Translations under genes and position numbers: made by a program | The notes under the pieces: generated by a model | What the model was told of the DNA's origin: nothing | The model's database searches: none | The model's input: the letters and a program-made list of their open reading frames with translations, nothing else | From: Utricularia gibba | Taxonomy: Eukaryota > Plantae > Magnoliophyta | DNA length: 64,000 bases | Assembly (NCBI GenBank): GCA_002189035.1 | Contig: NEEC01000004.1 | Location: 1,736,001-1,800,000, forward strand | Direction of reading: 5' to 3' | In this document: in pieces, positions 12,439 to 24,465 of the stretch | Position numbering within the stretch: the first letter of the stretch is position 1 | How the letters are laid out: each line of letters opens with the position of its first letter

Positions 12439-12545
12439 GGTTTTATATCTAATTCATTTTTTGGAGAGGGCCATATCGCAAACGTATATCAGTAATTTAC
12501 CTGCAGCCAACTTCCTCCCTTCGTGTTATTCTGTCGGCGGCGGCT

Positions 12546-14298
12546 ATGGAGGACGGGTTCCCGGCGGTGAAGCTTTTTGGACAAGGATATTCATACACGT
12601 ACGATGATGTAATCTTCCTTCCCGGGTACATTGACTTTTCGGCGGACGCCGTTTCTTTATCCTCAAAGCTCAGCCGCCGCATCCACCTTTCGACTCCCTG
12701 CGTTTCTTCTCCGATGGACACAGTCACAGAGTCTTCCATGGCGGTAGCCATGGCTTCCCTCGGCGGAGTCGGAATTGTTCATTACAACACGCCGGTTGCC
12801 AAGCAAGCTGCATTTGTTCGCCGCGCCAAGTCGCATAAGATTCCGTTCAATCATGAACTTGTGTTCAGAGCCCCTTCGGATACGATTTTGTCGGCAGAAG
12901 AGTTTGGTTCGGCTCCGTGCATCTTTGTAACTGAGGCAGCGCGGGAGAATTCGAAGCTATTGGGTACGGTGAAGAAATCGGATTGGGAAAAGTTAGATAA
13001 TTTTGAGGTAAGGGTTTCTGAGTATATGAAAAAGTCTCCGGTTTCAGTTCCTGCTAGTTATAGCTTTGAGGATGTGGCTGGTTACTTGTCTAAGGAAAAC
13101 CTTGAATTTGTGCCATTGGTGAGGGATAACGAGGGAGTGGAAGAAATAGCTAACCTGGTGACCAGTGAGGATGTTGATAGAATTCACGGGTTTCCGAAGT
13201 TGGGATTGCCATCATTGGGTTCTGATGGGAGTTTCTTGGTTGGCGCTGCTGTAGGAACTAGGGAATCTGATAAAGAAAGATTGGAGCATTTAGTGAAAGC
13301 AGGGGTCAATGTGGTTGTTCTGGATAGTTCACAAGGGAATTCAATATATCAAATTGAGATGATCAAGTATGTGAAGAAAGTATATCCAGATTTGGATGTG
13401 ATTGGGGGAAATGTAGTGACTTGTAGCCAAGCACAGAACTTGATTCAGGCTGGTGTTGATGGATTGAGAGTTGGCATGGGATCTGGTTCCATTTGTACCA
13501 CACAAGAAGTGTGTGCTGTTGGGCGTGGACAGGTTAGTTAATGTTGTTTGTGGAAGAATATTCTTTGTAGTATTTTTATGTCTTTTGCATGTCATGAGAG
13601 CATATTATAAGATGTTTGAAACTTTTTGTAGGCAACTGCAGTCTACAAGGTTGCATCAATTGCTGAAAGTAGTGATGTTCCTGTGATTGCTGATGGAGGA
13701 ATATCCAATTCTGGACATATTGTTAAAGCTCTTACCCTTGGAGCATCAACTGTAATGATGGGGAGCTTTTTAGCTGGTAGTACTGAAGCACCTGGAAACT
13801 ATGAGCTAAAGGTTATATCACACCCTTTGCAAGATAAAAAGTCTAGTGTTTGTTAACATTTCTATATTAATGGACTCTACATTGTCTTGCAGGATGGTTT
13901 TCGTGTCAAGAAATATAGAGGCATGGGATCCCTAGAGGCAATGATGCAAGGGAGCGATGCTCGGTATTTGGGTGATACAGCAAAACTAAAAATTGCACAA
14001 GGTGTAGTTGGTGCTGTTGCTGATAAAGGCTCAGTTTTGAAGTTGGTGCCTTACACAATGCAAGCTGTGAAACAAGGATTCCAAGATTTGGGTGCTTCAT
14101 CTCTGAAATCTGCCCATGACCTCTTGAGATCAGGCGTACTACGTTTAGAGGTATCTCCAAATCTGTGATCAACAATTCAAGATTATGAACATGCATCATA
14201 TTGTCTATCATATATGCTATCTCCAGGTAAGAACAGGAGCAGCGCAAGTTGAAGGTGGTGTGCATGGTCTTATCTCCTATCAAAAGAAAGCCTTTTGA
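12546..14298 (+). CDS. IMPDH: Inosine-5'-monophosphate dehydrogenase, 498 aa; exons 12546-13532, 13632-13811, 13893-14150, 14227-14298
   Basis: [17 protein letters not shown], catalytic loop [42 protein letters not shown]. 1497 nt in frame. Confidence 0.97.
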
Positions 14299-14579
14299 TA
14301 ACTATAATTGAAGGTTTTGTTGTGCACTAGTACCCTACCCTTTTATTTCAAGTATTTTTGTTTTTCCTCTTCCTACATTAATTCTATGTGCTGTTCCAAT
14401 TCTCAACTGGAATGAACTCACTAAGCTTTGTTATGAATATTGGCATTGATATGTTTAATATGCCTCACTTAATTTATAGCAAGATTCCAGATACAAAATC
14501 TGTCTGTCATCATGTGTTCTTCATAAGGCAACATTTACATTAGATGCACCACACCAACAGCACTGAATCATCTCATCAA

Positions 14580-16501
14580 CTAGCTTTTACCGGCCCCCGG
14601 ATTTCGGTTCCACGATAGATATGTCGGATCCCCAAGTTGCCTGAAAAGCATAGTATCGGCTGGTAAGTTTAAGTCCATCATATGCAAGATTGCTAGCAGT
14701 AAAATCTCAAAGTTGCAGGTTGAAAGAGAGCAGCATGACAGTACCGTGGTTTAATCAGGTAAATGAGCGAGAACACCATGGCCAGGAAAAAGCACAAGCT
14801 ACCCACTGTCAGATATGCGATACCCACGAAATCATTTTTCCCTCCAAGCCAACTGGCTGTAGAAAGAACAAGTTTCTTTCTCCCTCCGAAACTGTAAGTG
14901 TTGTATCTGTTCTGTAATGTAACATTAATCACATCCCTAGCTTGCAGATCCGTCTCTATTCTACCATATAATTTTCTGAATGTCGGGAGCGCAGCTGTTC
15001 GCATCCAGACAATGAGATCCTCTTGCTCACTCAACTGTTAAGATGCACAACAGAAAGGTGAAAAAAGTTTATGCTATGACCCAATAACGTTGTAGAGGGA
15101 TAAGAGGCATACCGGGACTGAACGATCAAGTGTCCCACCACCTATAAGAGTGCCATTCTGAAAGTTACGGGGGAAGACATTTCTTCCAAACTTATGATCC
15201 CTGTCACTCCTCCATGAGATACCTCTCTTGTTAATGGCTAATTGCTGATTACCGAGAGTTAAGTCATAAGTATCATTAAACAGGCTCCATGCGATTAAAC
15301 CGCAAGGAACAATTGACACCCCGTTTGATGTGGTTCCCTCAGGTCTACATGGACTTGTTGCATTTTCACTTGCAGGATTTCGCAGCTGTTGATCACTTCG
15401 GCTTCTCACATACCTAAAGGCCATGAAAGAAAAAAATGCATCTGATGACACCAGCAATAATAGAACCAGAAGACGAAAATATCAAACAAAAGCATACTGA
15501 AATCGATGAATAAACTGTAAACTCTGAGCGAAAATTTTTTTACTCATATCAAGACAGACATCATGGAAGCCCGAGTTAGGTACCTTCGATGATTTTGGTA
15601 GAATCCTTCGAGCTGGTAATAAACATAAATTGGCTGCCTCATACGCTTTGGAACCTGAAATTGATGAACACTTTTGTTATACAAACAGAAAAAAAAAAAA
15701 AAAAAACTAGCTATGATCCAACATCCCAGCTACAAAAAAAAAAAAAAAAAGCAACTCACTGTAAGAGTTCTGATGCAGGTTTTGTCTTCAGGGCCTTGAA
15801 TAAAGGAAAGTTCCTCATTCCTGTATCTCGAAGGGATGCAATCAGCATCATATCGGTCCACAATTTCGACAACCTAGGGACAAATACAGATTTTTTATTC
15901 AACAAAGCGCTTGAAAGCAGAGAAAAAGAGATTATGTGCTGGTTAAAAAAGCATACGTTTCGAGATGCAAGGAGGGTGACCACTCCAATTGGAATGAACA
16001 CAATGCTCACAAGCAAAAATGTCGATATAACCTGAAGGAATGGCAAGGTGGAGTCAATATGAGGACAATCTAAATCCGGAGCTCAAAATGAATTGTGAAA
16101 CGAATCTAAATTACCCATTTAGGAGTAAGAATAGGTTTGCATGCTGGCAACTCTTGTTGTGTGAACCTTGAATCTGAAGATAAGCACAAAAAGATGATGC
16201 AAGTATTCTCACCCAGAACAAGAACCCCAAAAACACAAAGACCGCGTCATGATATTAGCTCATCACAAGGAATTTTTCTCCTTTGACGAATTCCCCAAAC
16301 TGATCGTAGATCAAAACAAACCCGCCTCAAAGAATTATAAATACTGGAAACAACTCAAGCAAGCAAAATTAAGAACTGAAATTAAGGCAAGACGCATAAA
16401 AACTTACACTTGGGTCTCTTGGAATTTCTCCTGATATTGGATTCAGCGGCTTCCCCTGGTCCTGGACCACCGGAACTCGAAGATGGAGCACTTGAGCTCA
16501 T
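14580..16501 (-). CDS. ALIS: ALA-interacting subunit (CDC50/LEM3 family, P4-ATPase flippase beta subunit)
   Basis: Spliced PKYSRFTQQELPACKPILTP, YYQLEGFYQNHRRYVRSRSDQQL, PCGLIAWSLFNDTY, WMRTAALPTFRKLYGRI, SWLGGKNDF. All exons join in frame. Confidence 0.95.
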
Positions 16502-17551
16502 ATCGCTACTAATTCTTTCTTTCCCCTTAGTCCCTTCCTGGAAAAGATTTGATCTTATATCCACCCCACCAAAATCGAATGTAAAGGAAACCCGACAACG
16601 AAACCCAAAAAACCTAGATGAAGAATAGAGGATTGCAGTAGTTGGAGGATCGCGGTGACGGGAGGATAAAGAAATAAAACGCAGAAGGTTCCTTAGGTAT
16701 GAATCGGCTTCATGCTGTTGCTCGTTGACTTTGAAATTTCGCTACTCGTCTCGAGCGAATGAAATGAAATTTCCCCGTTGCGAATTCCGATATGGAAATT
16801 TCAAAGAAACATCCCAATGGCACGACGTTAAAAAGATTATAATAATAAAAGTTGTGTTTTTGCAGATGACCATCTTCGTGTCATCTTCCATGTTCGTGTC
16901 GGGTCCGAGTCGGAGTCGGAGTCGGATCGTGCAGGTGGTATACCAAGTAAATAGGAGAATCCATGAGGATTGAATACCACGATTTCAGAGCTTAAAATGG
17001 CGATCTTTTCTTAACCTCTTCTCTCTTCCCCAAAGTATGGAGTTTCATGTTTTCTGTTTATTTTCCTGGCCCTCCTTCTCCCATCCCATGGCGATGATCC
17101 CTGCAACATAAACAATGATAACGGCCACCTTAACATACTCAAAGGCTCCCTGACCACGCTTCCATCCGCATGTTGTTGCTTTTATTTATGAAGAACTGCT
17201 TGATGGATCAAGGGATGAAATTTGTTTGCTGAAAGTTTTCGAATAGGTATTTCATGGAGCACCACTGTGCGTTTGTTGGCGTTCCTGATGAGAAATCACT
17301 TATCTTGCGTCGTTTTTCGTAGAATTTTTGGACAAGGAACTTCTTTTACGCGGAAGAACTCGATGAAGTCAGTTCTTCACAATCCTCGAGGCCCGACTGA
17401 GGTCATTGTCTAGATAACTTTTGTTGTTTATGATTGCATGCAGAAAAAACCGATTGTGGGAAATGTGGATATGATGGTATCTAGGATTGATTTCATGGAT
17501 TGAAAGGGTGCTGTTATCTATTTGTTTCCCTGTGTGTAGTGAATTTGAAGA

Positions 17552-19352
17552 ATGTATGTCTCTTATTCCTCCTCATGGAAACAGGAAAGCCAGAGAGAAG
17601 TAGATGGGGATACAAAGTTGAAGCTGGATTCAAGTATTTCGATGTCTGGTGCATCTTTTGAACCAAAAGCATCAGATCATCTCTCGAAAGGGAGCACTCA
17701 GCCTGCCCCTATTGCACCTTCCGAACCTCTCATTCTTGATTCCATTTCTCATGGGAATACTTGTTCTGCTAGTAAAATTGAAAACATGGCAACAGATGGA
17801 GTAAATCCATACCAACTCCTTGGTGTAAATGGAGGTAAGCACATAAATGATCCCATCAGAACTTCTCCAGATGTTTCACCAGAGTCACCCAATACAAGAA
17901 TAAACAACACAAAGGGCAGTTTATCAACTGTTAATCCTAGTCGTGGTGTAAGTGGCGGCCGGAGTGACAATTTAGACAGCACCGGTGCACCCCTTAGGCC
18001 CCATACCGGTGGTGATGGTCGATGGGATGCCATTACTTCTGCTTCAAAGGATACCCCTCTCGGTATGAATAAATTTAGACTTCTGAAGCGGCTTGGGTAT
18101 GGAGATATTGGAAGTGTATACCTTGTTGAGCTCCGAGGGACTCGCACCTTCTTTGCGATGAAAGTTATGGACAAAAGTTCTCTAGCAAGCAGAAATAAAC
18201 TGCTTCGTGCACAAACCGAGAGAGAAATTCTTGGCCTACTTGACCACCCTTTCTTGCCTACTTTATATACTTACTTTGAGACTGAAAAGTTTTATTGCTT
18301 AGTGATGGAGTTCTGTAGTGGAGGAAACCTTCATACTCTCCGGCAAAAACAGGCGAACAAGCACTTCTCTGAAGAAGCTGCAAGGTTAATTAAATGCTTA
18401 TACATCATCACCTCCGGTCTTCTTTCTTTGATTCCGGTAATGCAGCTGATCAGTGGAAACTTATCATCCTTGCAGATTCTATGCATCGGAGGTTCTGCTT
18501 GCACTCGAGTATCTTCACATGTTGGGAATAGTATACAGGGATCTGAAGCCGGAGAACGTTCTAGTACGTGAACAGGGCCACATTATGCTGTCCGATTTCG
18601 ACCTCTCACTCCGGTGCTCTGTGAATCCTACATTAGTAAAATCATCCTCCACCCATCATGGAAATGCAGAGGACAATGTAGGTGGGATCCTCACTGATGA
18701 CAGTATGGTTCGTGGTTGTATTCAGCCATCATCTTTCTTCCCACGCCTCCTCCCAAAAAAGGGTCGAAAATCAAAATCAGACTTCGGCCTCGGAAACAAT
18801 GGCAGCAGCCTGCCGGAGCTCTTAGCCGAACCGACAAATGTACGTTCCATGTCCTTTGTGGGCACACACGAGTATCTAGCGCCGGAGATCATCCGCGGAG
18901 AGGGCCATGGCAGTGCAGTAGACTGGTGGACATTCGGTATCTTCTTATACGAACTGTTACATGGAATGACACCTTTCAAAGGATCTGGAAACCGCGCCAC
19001 GCTATTCAACGTGATCGGGCAGCCGTTGAAGTTCCCGGAGACGCCGCAAGTGAGCATGACGGCTAGGGATCTCATAAAAGGCCTGTTGGTGAAAGAACCA
19101 CATAAGAGAATTGCATACAAGAGAGGAGCGACTGAGATAAAACAGCATCCCTTCTTCGAGGGCGTTAACTGGGCTCTGGTAAGAAGCGCAGCTCCGCCTT
19201 ATGTCCCGGAACCTGTAGATTTTAGTCAGTTTGGCGGCAAGGATTCCGTTGCTCCTTCCGATAAGAAGATTGCTGCGCATGTTGGGAATGATACCACCAC
19301 CAACAGCACCACCCCAGCTGATTCTTCCTACGTTGAATTCGAATATTTTTGA
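17552..19352 (+). CDS. AGC1-5: AGCVIII Ser/Thr kinase, AGC1.5/AGC1.7 type, 569 aa; exons 17552-18384, 18476-19352
   Basis: [22 protein letters not shown] in place of DFG plus insert, [16 protein letters not shown]-terminal FEYF (FxxF). One 91-nt intron. Confidence 0.93.
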
Positions 19353-20076
19353 GGGGCGAAGAAGCTGGCCGTGGATTTATCTGTTTAGACTCTATTTCTT
19401 CTTCTTCTTCTTCAGAAAACTCCATCACCGGAATGTCTGTACCAAGGTAGCTCACAGAGAACTAAAATCTCCTATGGGCAACGACATAGATACATTCATA
19501 TACAAAGTCATATACTTCTTGTTTCATTTTTTTGTTTATTTTTTCCCAACACGTGGAATGAGTAGGTATTTTTCTTAAATAATTTTTTCTAAAAAAATCA
19601 TTAGTTGAATAATTTAATTTTTTCATTTTCATACTCTAACATAACATTCTTATTACATATTTTATATTACACTAAAAACCTATTTTCATTTTCTCATTTT
19701 AATTTTTAGAAAATAAAAATATAAAATAAAGTAATTTTTCAGAATAATAGTTCATATATATGATAAATGATAAATTATTTCTCGAAAAAAAGTGTATTAA
19801 AAAAGAAGTTTACTTATAGATTCTATTCCATTTCAATTTTTACATTTAGACTGTGAGTGTATTTGATAGTATAGTATAAAATATTTATAATTAAGTTTAT
19901 ACATAATTATTATTTGATTAACTAGTATATGTATATCATTTTTATATTACTATATCACTCAAATATTCATTTTTTGAATATATAGGTGATACACATATTG
20001 AGAATAAGTTTAATTATATTTATATCACTCATATCTTTAATTTTTTATTTTCGAATATCAAATATTATATACAATT

Positions 20077-20078
<2 letters not shown>

Positions 20079-20115
<37 letters not shown>
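20079..20115. repeat. (TA)n microsatellite
   Basis: About 18 TA units seen directly. Confidence 0.95.
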
Positions 20116-20119
<4 letters not shown>

Positions 20120-20426
20120 CAACCGATATCTGAATCTTTAATTGAAGAATAGGGAAGAAAAATATATGTATTTTTTATTTTAGAAAATTTTAATAAAAAT
20201 ACAAAAAAATATATAAAGGTATTTATCCGATTTCCCTCAATTCTCTCGCCTTTAAGTCAATAGTGAACTGAGTGGAAAGAAATAGGGTGCTTGGTCCCAT
20301 GTAATTGACAGCCACTAGATTTCAGTGCCCAGAATTAATTCTTTGACAAATGAAATGAAAGCCCACCATCCACTTACCCCATAAATTCATTGCTTTTTTT
20401 CGTTACAAGATCAAAAACCGCTTACA

Positions 20427-21865
20427 ATGGGATTCCTGTTCGTCCTCTTTGTTGCTGTTTCCGTTGCAGGACATGGCTACAGTCATGGCAAGTCATTTCA
20501 AGATTGGATTTTGATATGGCTACCCACATCATCCAAGTTTGAGTGTTTTTCAGCTGTTGGATTTGTGACATTTTTTTTTGTTTTCCAACTTGCAGCTGAT
20601 TCCAGGGCTTCGTCATCGCTGCAGTTGCCTCTGTTTCATCCTCAGAGTGGAGAATTGGAACAGTTCGCGGCGCCGTTCACGGCGGTTCTCGATCATGACG
20701 TCGCCAGGGTTAAGTTCATGAACTCGAAACTCGCTGGGGAAAACGTCACTGGATTTCCGGGTTCCGGTGGGTTGACTGGTCGGAAGTCAGTCGGGGTTCC
20801 GGTGAATCCTGGATTGAGTCTTGGGGTCGGGAATTATTATACGAAAATCGGAATTGGAACTCCAGCGAGTTACCATCTTGTTGTGGTCGACACCGGCAGC
20901 TCATTCTCGTGGATCCAGTGTCAACCCTGTGATATATTCTGTCATGCTCAGGCTGGAGTTCTGTTCAATCCGACGGCGTCGGGGACTTACCGGCGACTAA
21001 GATGTGATTCCCTGAATGTGTTTCTCTCAAGAAAGCAACTCTGAATTCCCCCGTCTGCACAACTTCCAATGGCTGCATCTACACCGCCACGTACGGTGAC
21101 CGGAGTTACTCAATTGGGTATCTCAGCCAGGATTTCCTCGTTCTGGGGGCCGCATCTTTGCCCGGATTCGCATTCGGCTGCGGCCAGGATAACGAGGGAT
21201 TATTTGGACGATCCGCCGGACTTTTGGGCCTTGCGAAAAGTGAACTTTCCCTAATTTCCCAGTTCTCCAAAAAGTATACATACGCTTTTTCATACTGCCT
21301 CCCCACCTTAAACGGCGCCGGCGGGTTTCTCGCTATCGGTGGCGGCTCCGGCCGCGGATACAAGTACACTCCAATGCTTACGGATTCCAGAGATCCAACT
21401 TTATATTTCCTAAGGCTGTCGGCGATTTCCGTCTCCGGGCGGCCGGTGTCTGTCCCAGGAGCTGCGTATAGTCCCCGTACCATAATCGACAGTGGCACCG
21501 TGATCACACGTCTCCCTCCCGCAGTTTACTCAGCCTTCAGAACCCAAGTTGTTAAATTCCTCTCCTCAAAGTTCCGATTGACTGGAGCCATCTCGATCCT
21601 GGACGCCTGCTTCGCGGGCACCTTCAAACAGATTGCTCCGATCGTACCGCCGATCCAGTTGATCTTCCAAGGCGGCAGCGCCCTCAACCTCTCGCCTCAA
21701 AACGTACTCTACGAAGTTAAAACGGGGACGACATGTCTGTCATTCGCCGGAAACCTGAACCCCGACGACGTCACCATAATCGGAAACCAACAACAGCAGA
21801 CGTTTGATATCATCTACGATGTCGCAAATTCCAGAATTGGATTTGCCAGCGGCGGATGCCGCTAA
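20427..21865 (+). CDS. Secreted A1 aspartic protease (AED1/At5g10770-like), with a GC-AG intron (20488-20595) and a 1-nt frameshift at 21010-21012
   Basis: Signal peptide, GNYYTKIGIGTP, catalytic VVDTGS and IIDSGT, terminal IIGNQQQ..YD..RIGF. Adding one C at 21010-12 joins both halves (CDSPECVSLKKATLNSPVC). Confidence 0.9.
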
Positions 21866-24465
21866 GATTACAAAAATAACCAGCCGACGCACTATAGAAG
21901 CACACTCTTTAATGAGTATTTTCGTAATAGCAGCATATAAGTATTTAGTATTGCAATAAAAATAATTCAAGTTTAGATAATATAAAAAATATAATCATAA
22001 TGTTTCAAAATTATAAAAAAAAACATCTCAAATTATCAAAACTGTGCAATAAAAATCCAAACAATTTCAATTTTCTTTAAAAGTAAATTGATTCATGACG
22101 TTATGAATTGAGTATAATTTTAAATTTAACAAAAATTATTATTAGGGATTTTCGCATTCATGTCTTAAGTTTGACAAATTGAATGATACTCCTATTAAAA
22201 ATTATATTATATTTATAGCTCGTATGATTTAAAGATGCATTGTTATAATGGTTAATTTTGATAACATAGAGAAATTAAATATATAATTTCATAAGTTTGA
22301 AAATAAACTATTCACAAAAAATAAATTAAATTGTATATGATATAATTTTGAGACTTATGAATTAAAATATTTATACTGATTGTAACTTTGAATACCATCT
22401 ACAAACTCTATCATTATTTTAAAATATTTCCAATGTCTGGTGCGCTACTAAAAATAAACAGTGGGCTGAGGCATGGGTAGAGCCCGGAGGCAGGTGTTTG
22501 ATTGGTAACATGGTAGGGGCTACTTTGTAACATATTATCGTGACACGAGGACACCTTTAGTGCCGGCTGCCCGGGGGTGGTCTTGGGTGATTTAATGGCA
22601 CGTACATTACAGTTGGATTCATTTTAATTTTGATACCAGAAATAAAACATAGACTTGGAATCTTATTGTAATTCTCTAATTAAAACGTGTTCAACAAGAG
22701 CAATTAGAAGAGGATTGGATCCAATAGTTCCTGTAAGAAGATTCTTATAGAAGACCGATGAGCAAATGTGACAAGAGGATGTTGTTTCAAAGACATGTGC
22801 GACAAGAAGGAGACCATGTTGGATTGACATTCACTCACTTTTGTCTGAAGTACATTATATATCTTCCTGGAAATATAGAATGTATTGGGATATCATCAGA
22901 ATGGACAATGAAAGAGGAAAATTAAGGAAGAAGAATGATATGCTTTTTTGTACAAGGGAGATAGACAACTTACAAGTTTTTCAATTTTATTCTATTTTTT
23001 GTATAGTATACTTTTTTAATAATGTATAAGCATCTTCATTTTTCATGTTTTTGAATAAAATTGGTTTATTTAAGTAGTAGCTGATTGATGGGCTTAAATG
23101 CAGGATTATAAATTATATGATGTTTACTTCGCAATTTTAAATTAACATTGAATTACATGAGTTTTTTTTAATTTCATATACATAGATTTATTTAAAACCA
23201 TACATTCCCTTTATTTTACTTAATATTATTTAATCCTAATTCTAATTCTAATTTCATGAAGTAAATATTATATAAAAAACTAATTGATTTATATCAACTT
23301 TATTTAAATCCAAATAAATTAAATCATTTTTATACTATTCACATGAATCAAACATTTATTATTTTCCAAAATTTTAAACCATTTAATATTGTGGAAAATA
23401 CTTTTAAAAAAAACTCAAAAGCCTTGTAACAAATTTGTCCTATTTTTTTAAATTACACTAAATATGAATCAAGGAGAATAGTTCGGTATATGACAATCCA
23501 CAGAAATATTCTCATCTTTATCTATTAAGATGCTCTCTAATATTTGTTTTTATTATTCTTTAATTTAAAAATAAGCAACAAGGGATGGGAGGAGAAAAAA
23601 TTAAGATTGTTCATGAATTTTTTTATTTGAATAATTCATTTCATAAATAATGATTGAATGAAATCCTATTTAGGATAAAAGACAATGATCAAACCTTAGC
23701 CCATGAAACCGTCAAGAAAGTCTTTTTACGTCAAAATCCATAACAGTTGCATGCCAAAGTTTCCATTTTCAGGAGATATGAATCATGGGAGCAAAATCAA
23801 TGAAGGGGGTGATGTGGGGAAAATGGATGGAGTAGGAACTGGTGTCTGAGAAAATTTGTTTGATGTCAGGGTGAATTTTTGTCGAAGCTGTAACCTTTGC
23901 GTTTCCTTTTCTCTCTACTTGACTTGACTCCCCTCACCAGCATCCCCACCCCAATAAAATATCGAGACTAATCAGTGGCTCAGTTGCATAATGCTTGTCG
24001 CCACTGTTTGACTCAACACTAAATTCTCTCAAACACTTCTTTATTGAATATGGGTCTACTTGTTCTCCTGTTCTAACGACTACCCACCTTCGTCGGGAAG
24101 GTGAATCTGGGTTCTTGGAGCTTAGATCGATCCCTGGTTTTTTCCCTTGAGCATTTTCCTCGGTTTCGTTTAGGTTTCGTTTTAATTCGGTTTGACAACT
24201 ATTGGTTGGTCTTTTAAGTGGCGGGATCTCTTTGCGTTAGCAAATTTGGTTTTTTGAGGGGCATTTTTTTTATTTTAGTTCAAGATTCAGCATCCTTTTT
24301 TTGATCTGCTGTTTTGCCATCTGGGCTTGGACTGCGCGTTAACACCAGAAGTTTTCTGGTTTTGGTATTCTCCTTTTTTTAGTTCTCTGAACACAAGCAG
24401 AAGTGGTAGAATGCTGACCCTTTGAACATAGGTGAAATTGGATTTCTGACTTATCACAGCTCAAT

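Noticed and set aside
17749-19280. Long antisense and alternate-frame ORFs over the AGC kinase (similar ones over GRAS, IMPDH, subtilase and PPR)
   Set aside because: Shadow ORFs expected in GC-richer coding DNA; no motifs or independent splice structure.
22440-23030. GC-richer intergenic patch with a 62-aa ORF, considered as a retroelement or gene relic
   Set aside because: Frames are full of stops and I could not recognise termini or protein motifs; needs a repeat-library search.
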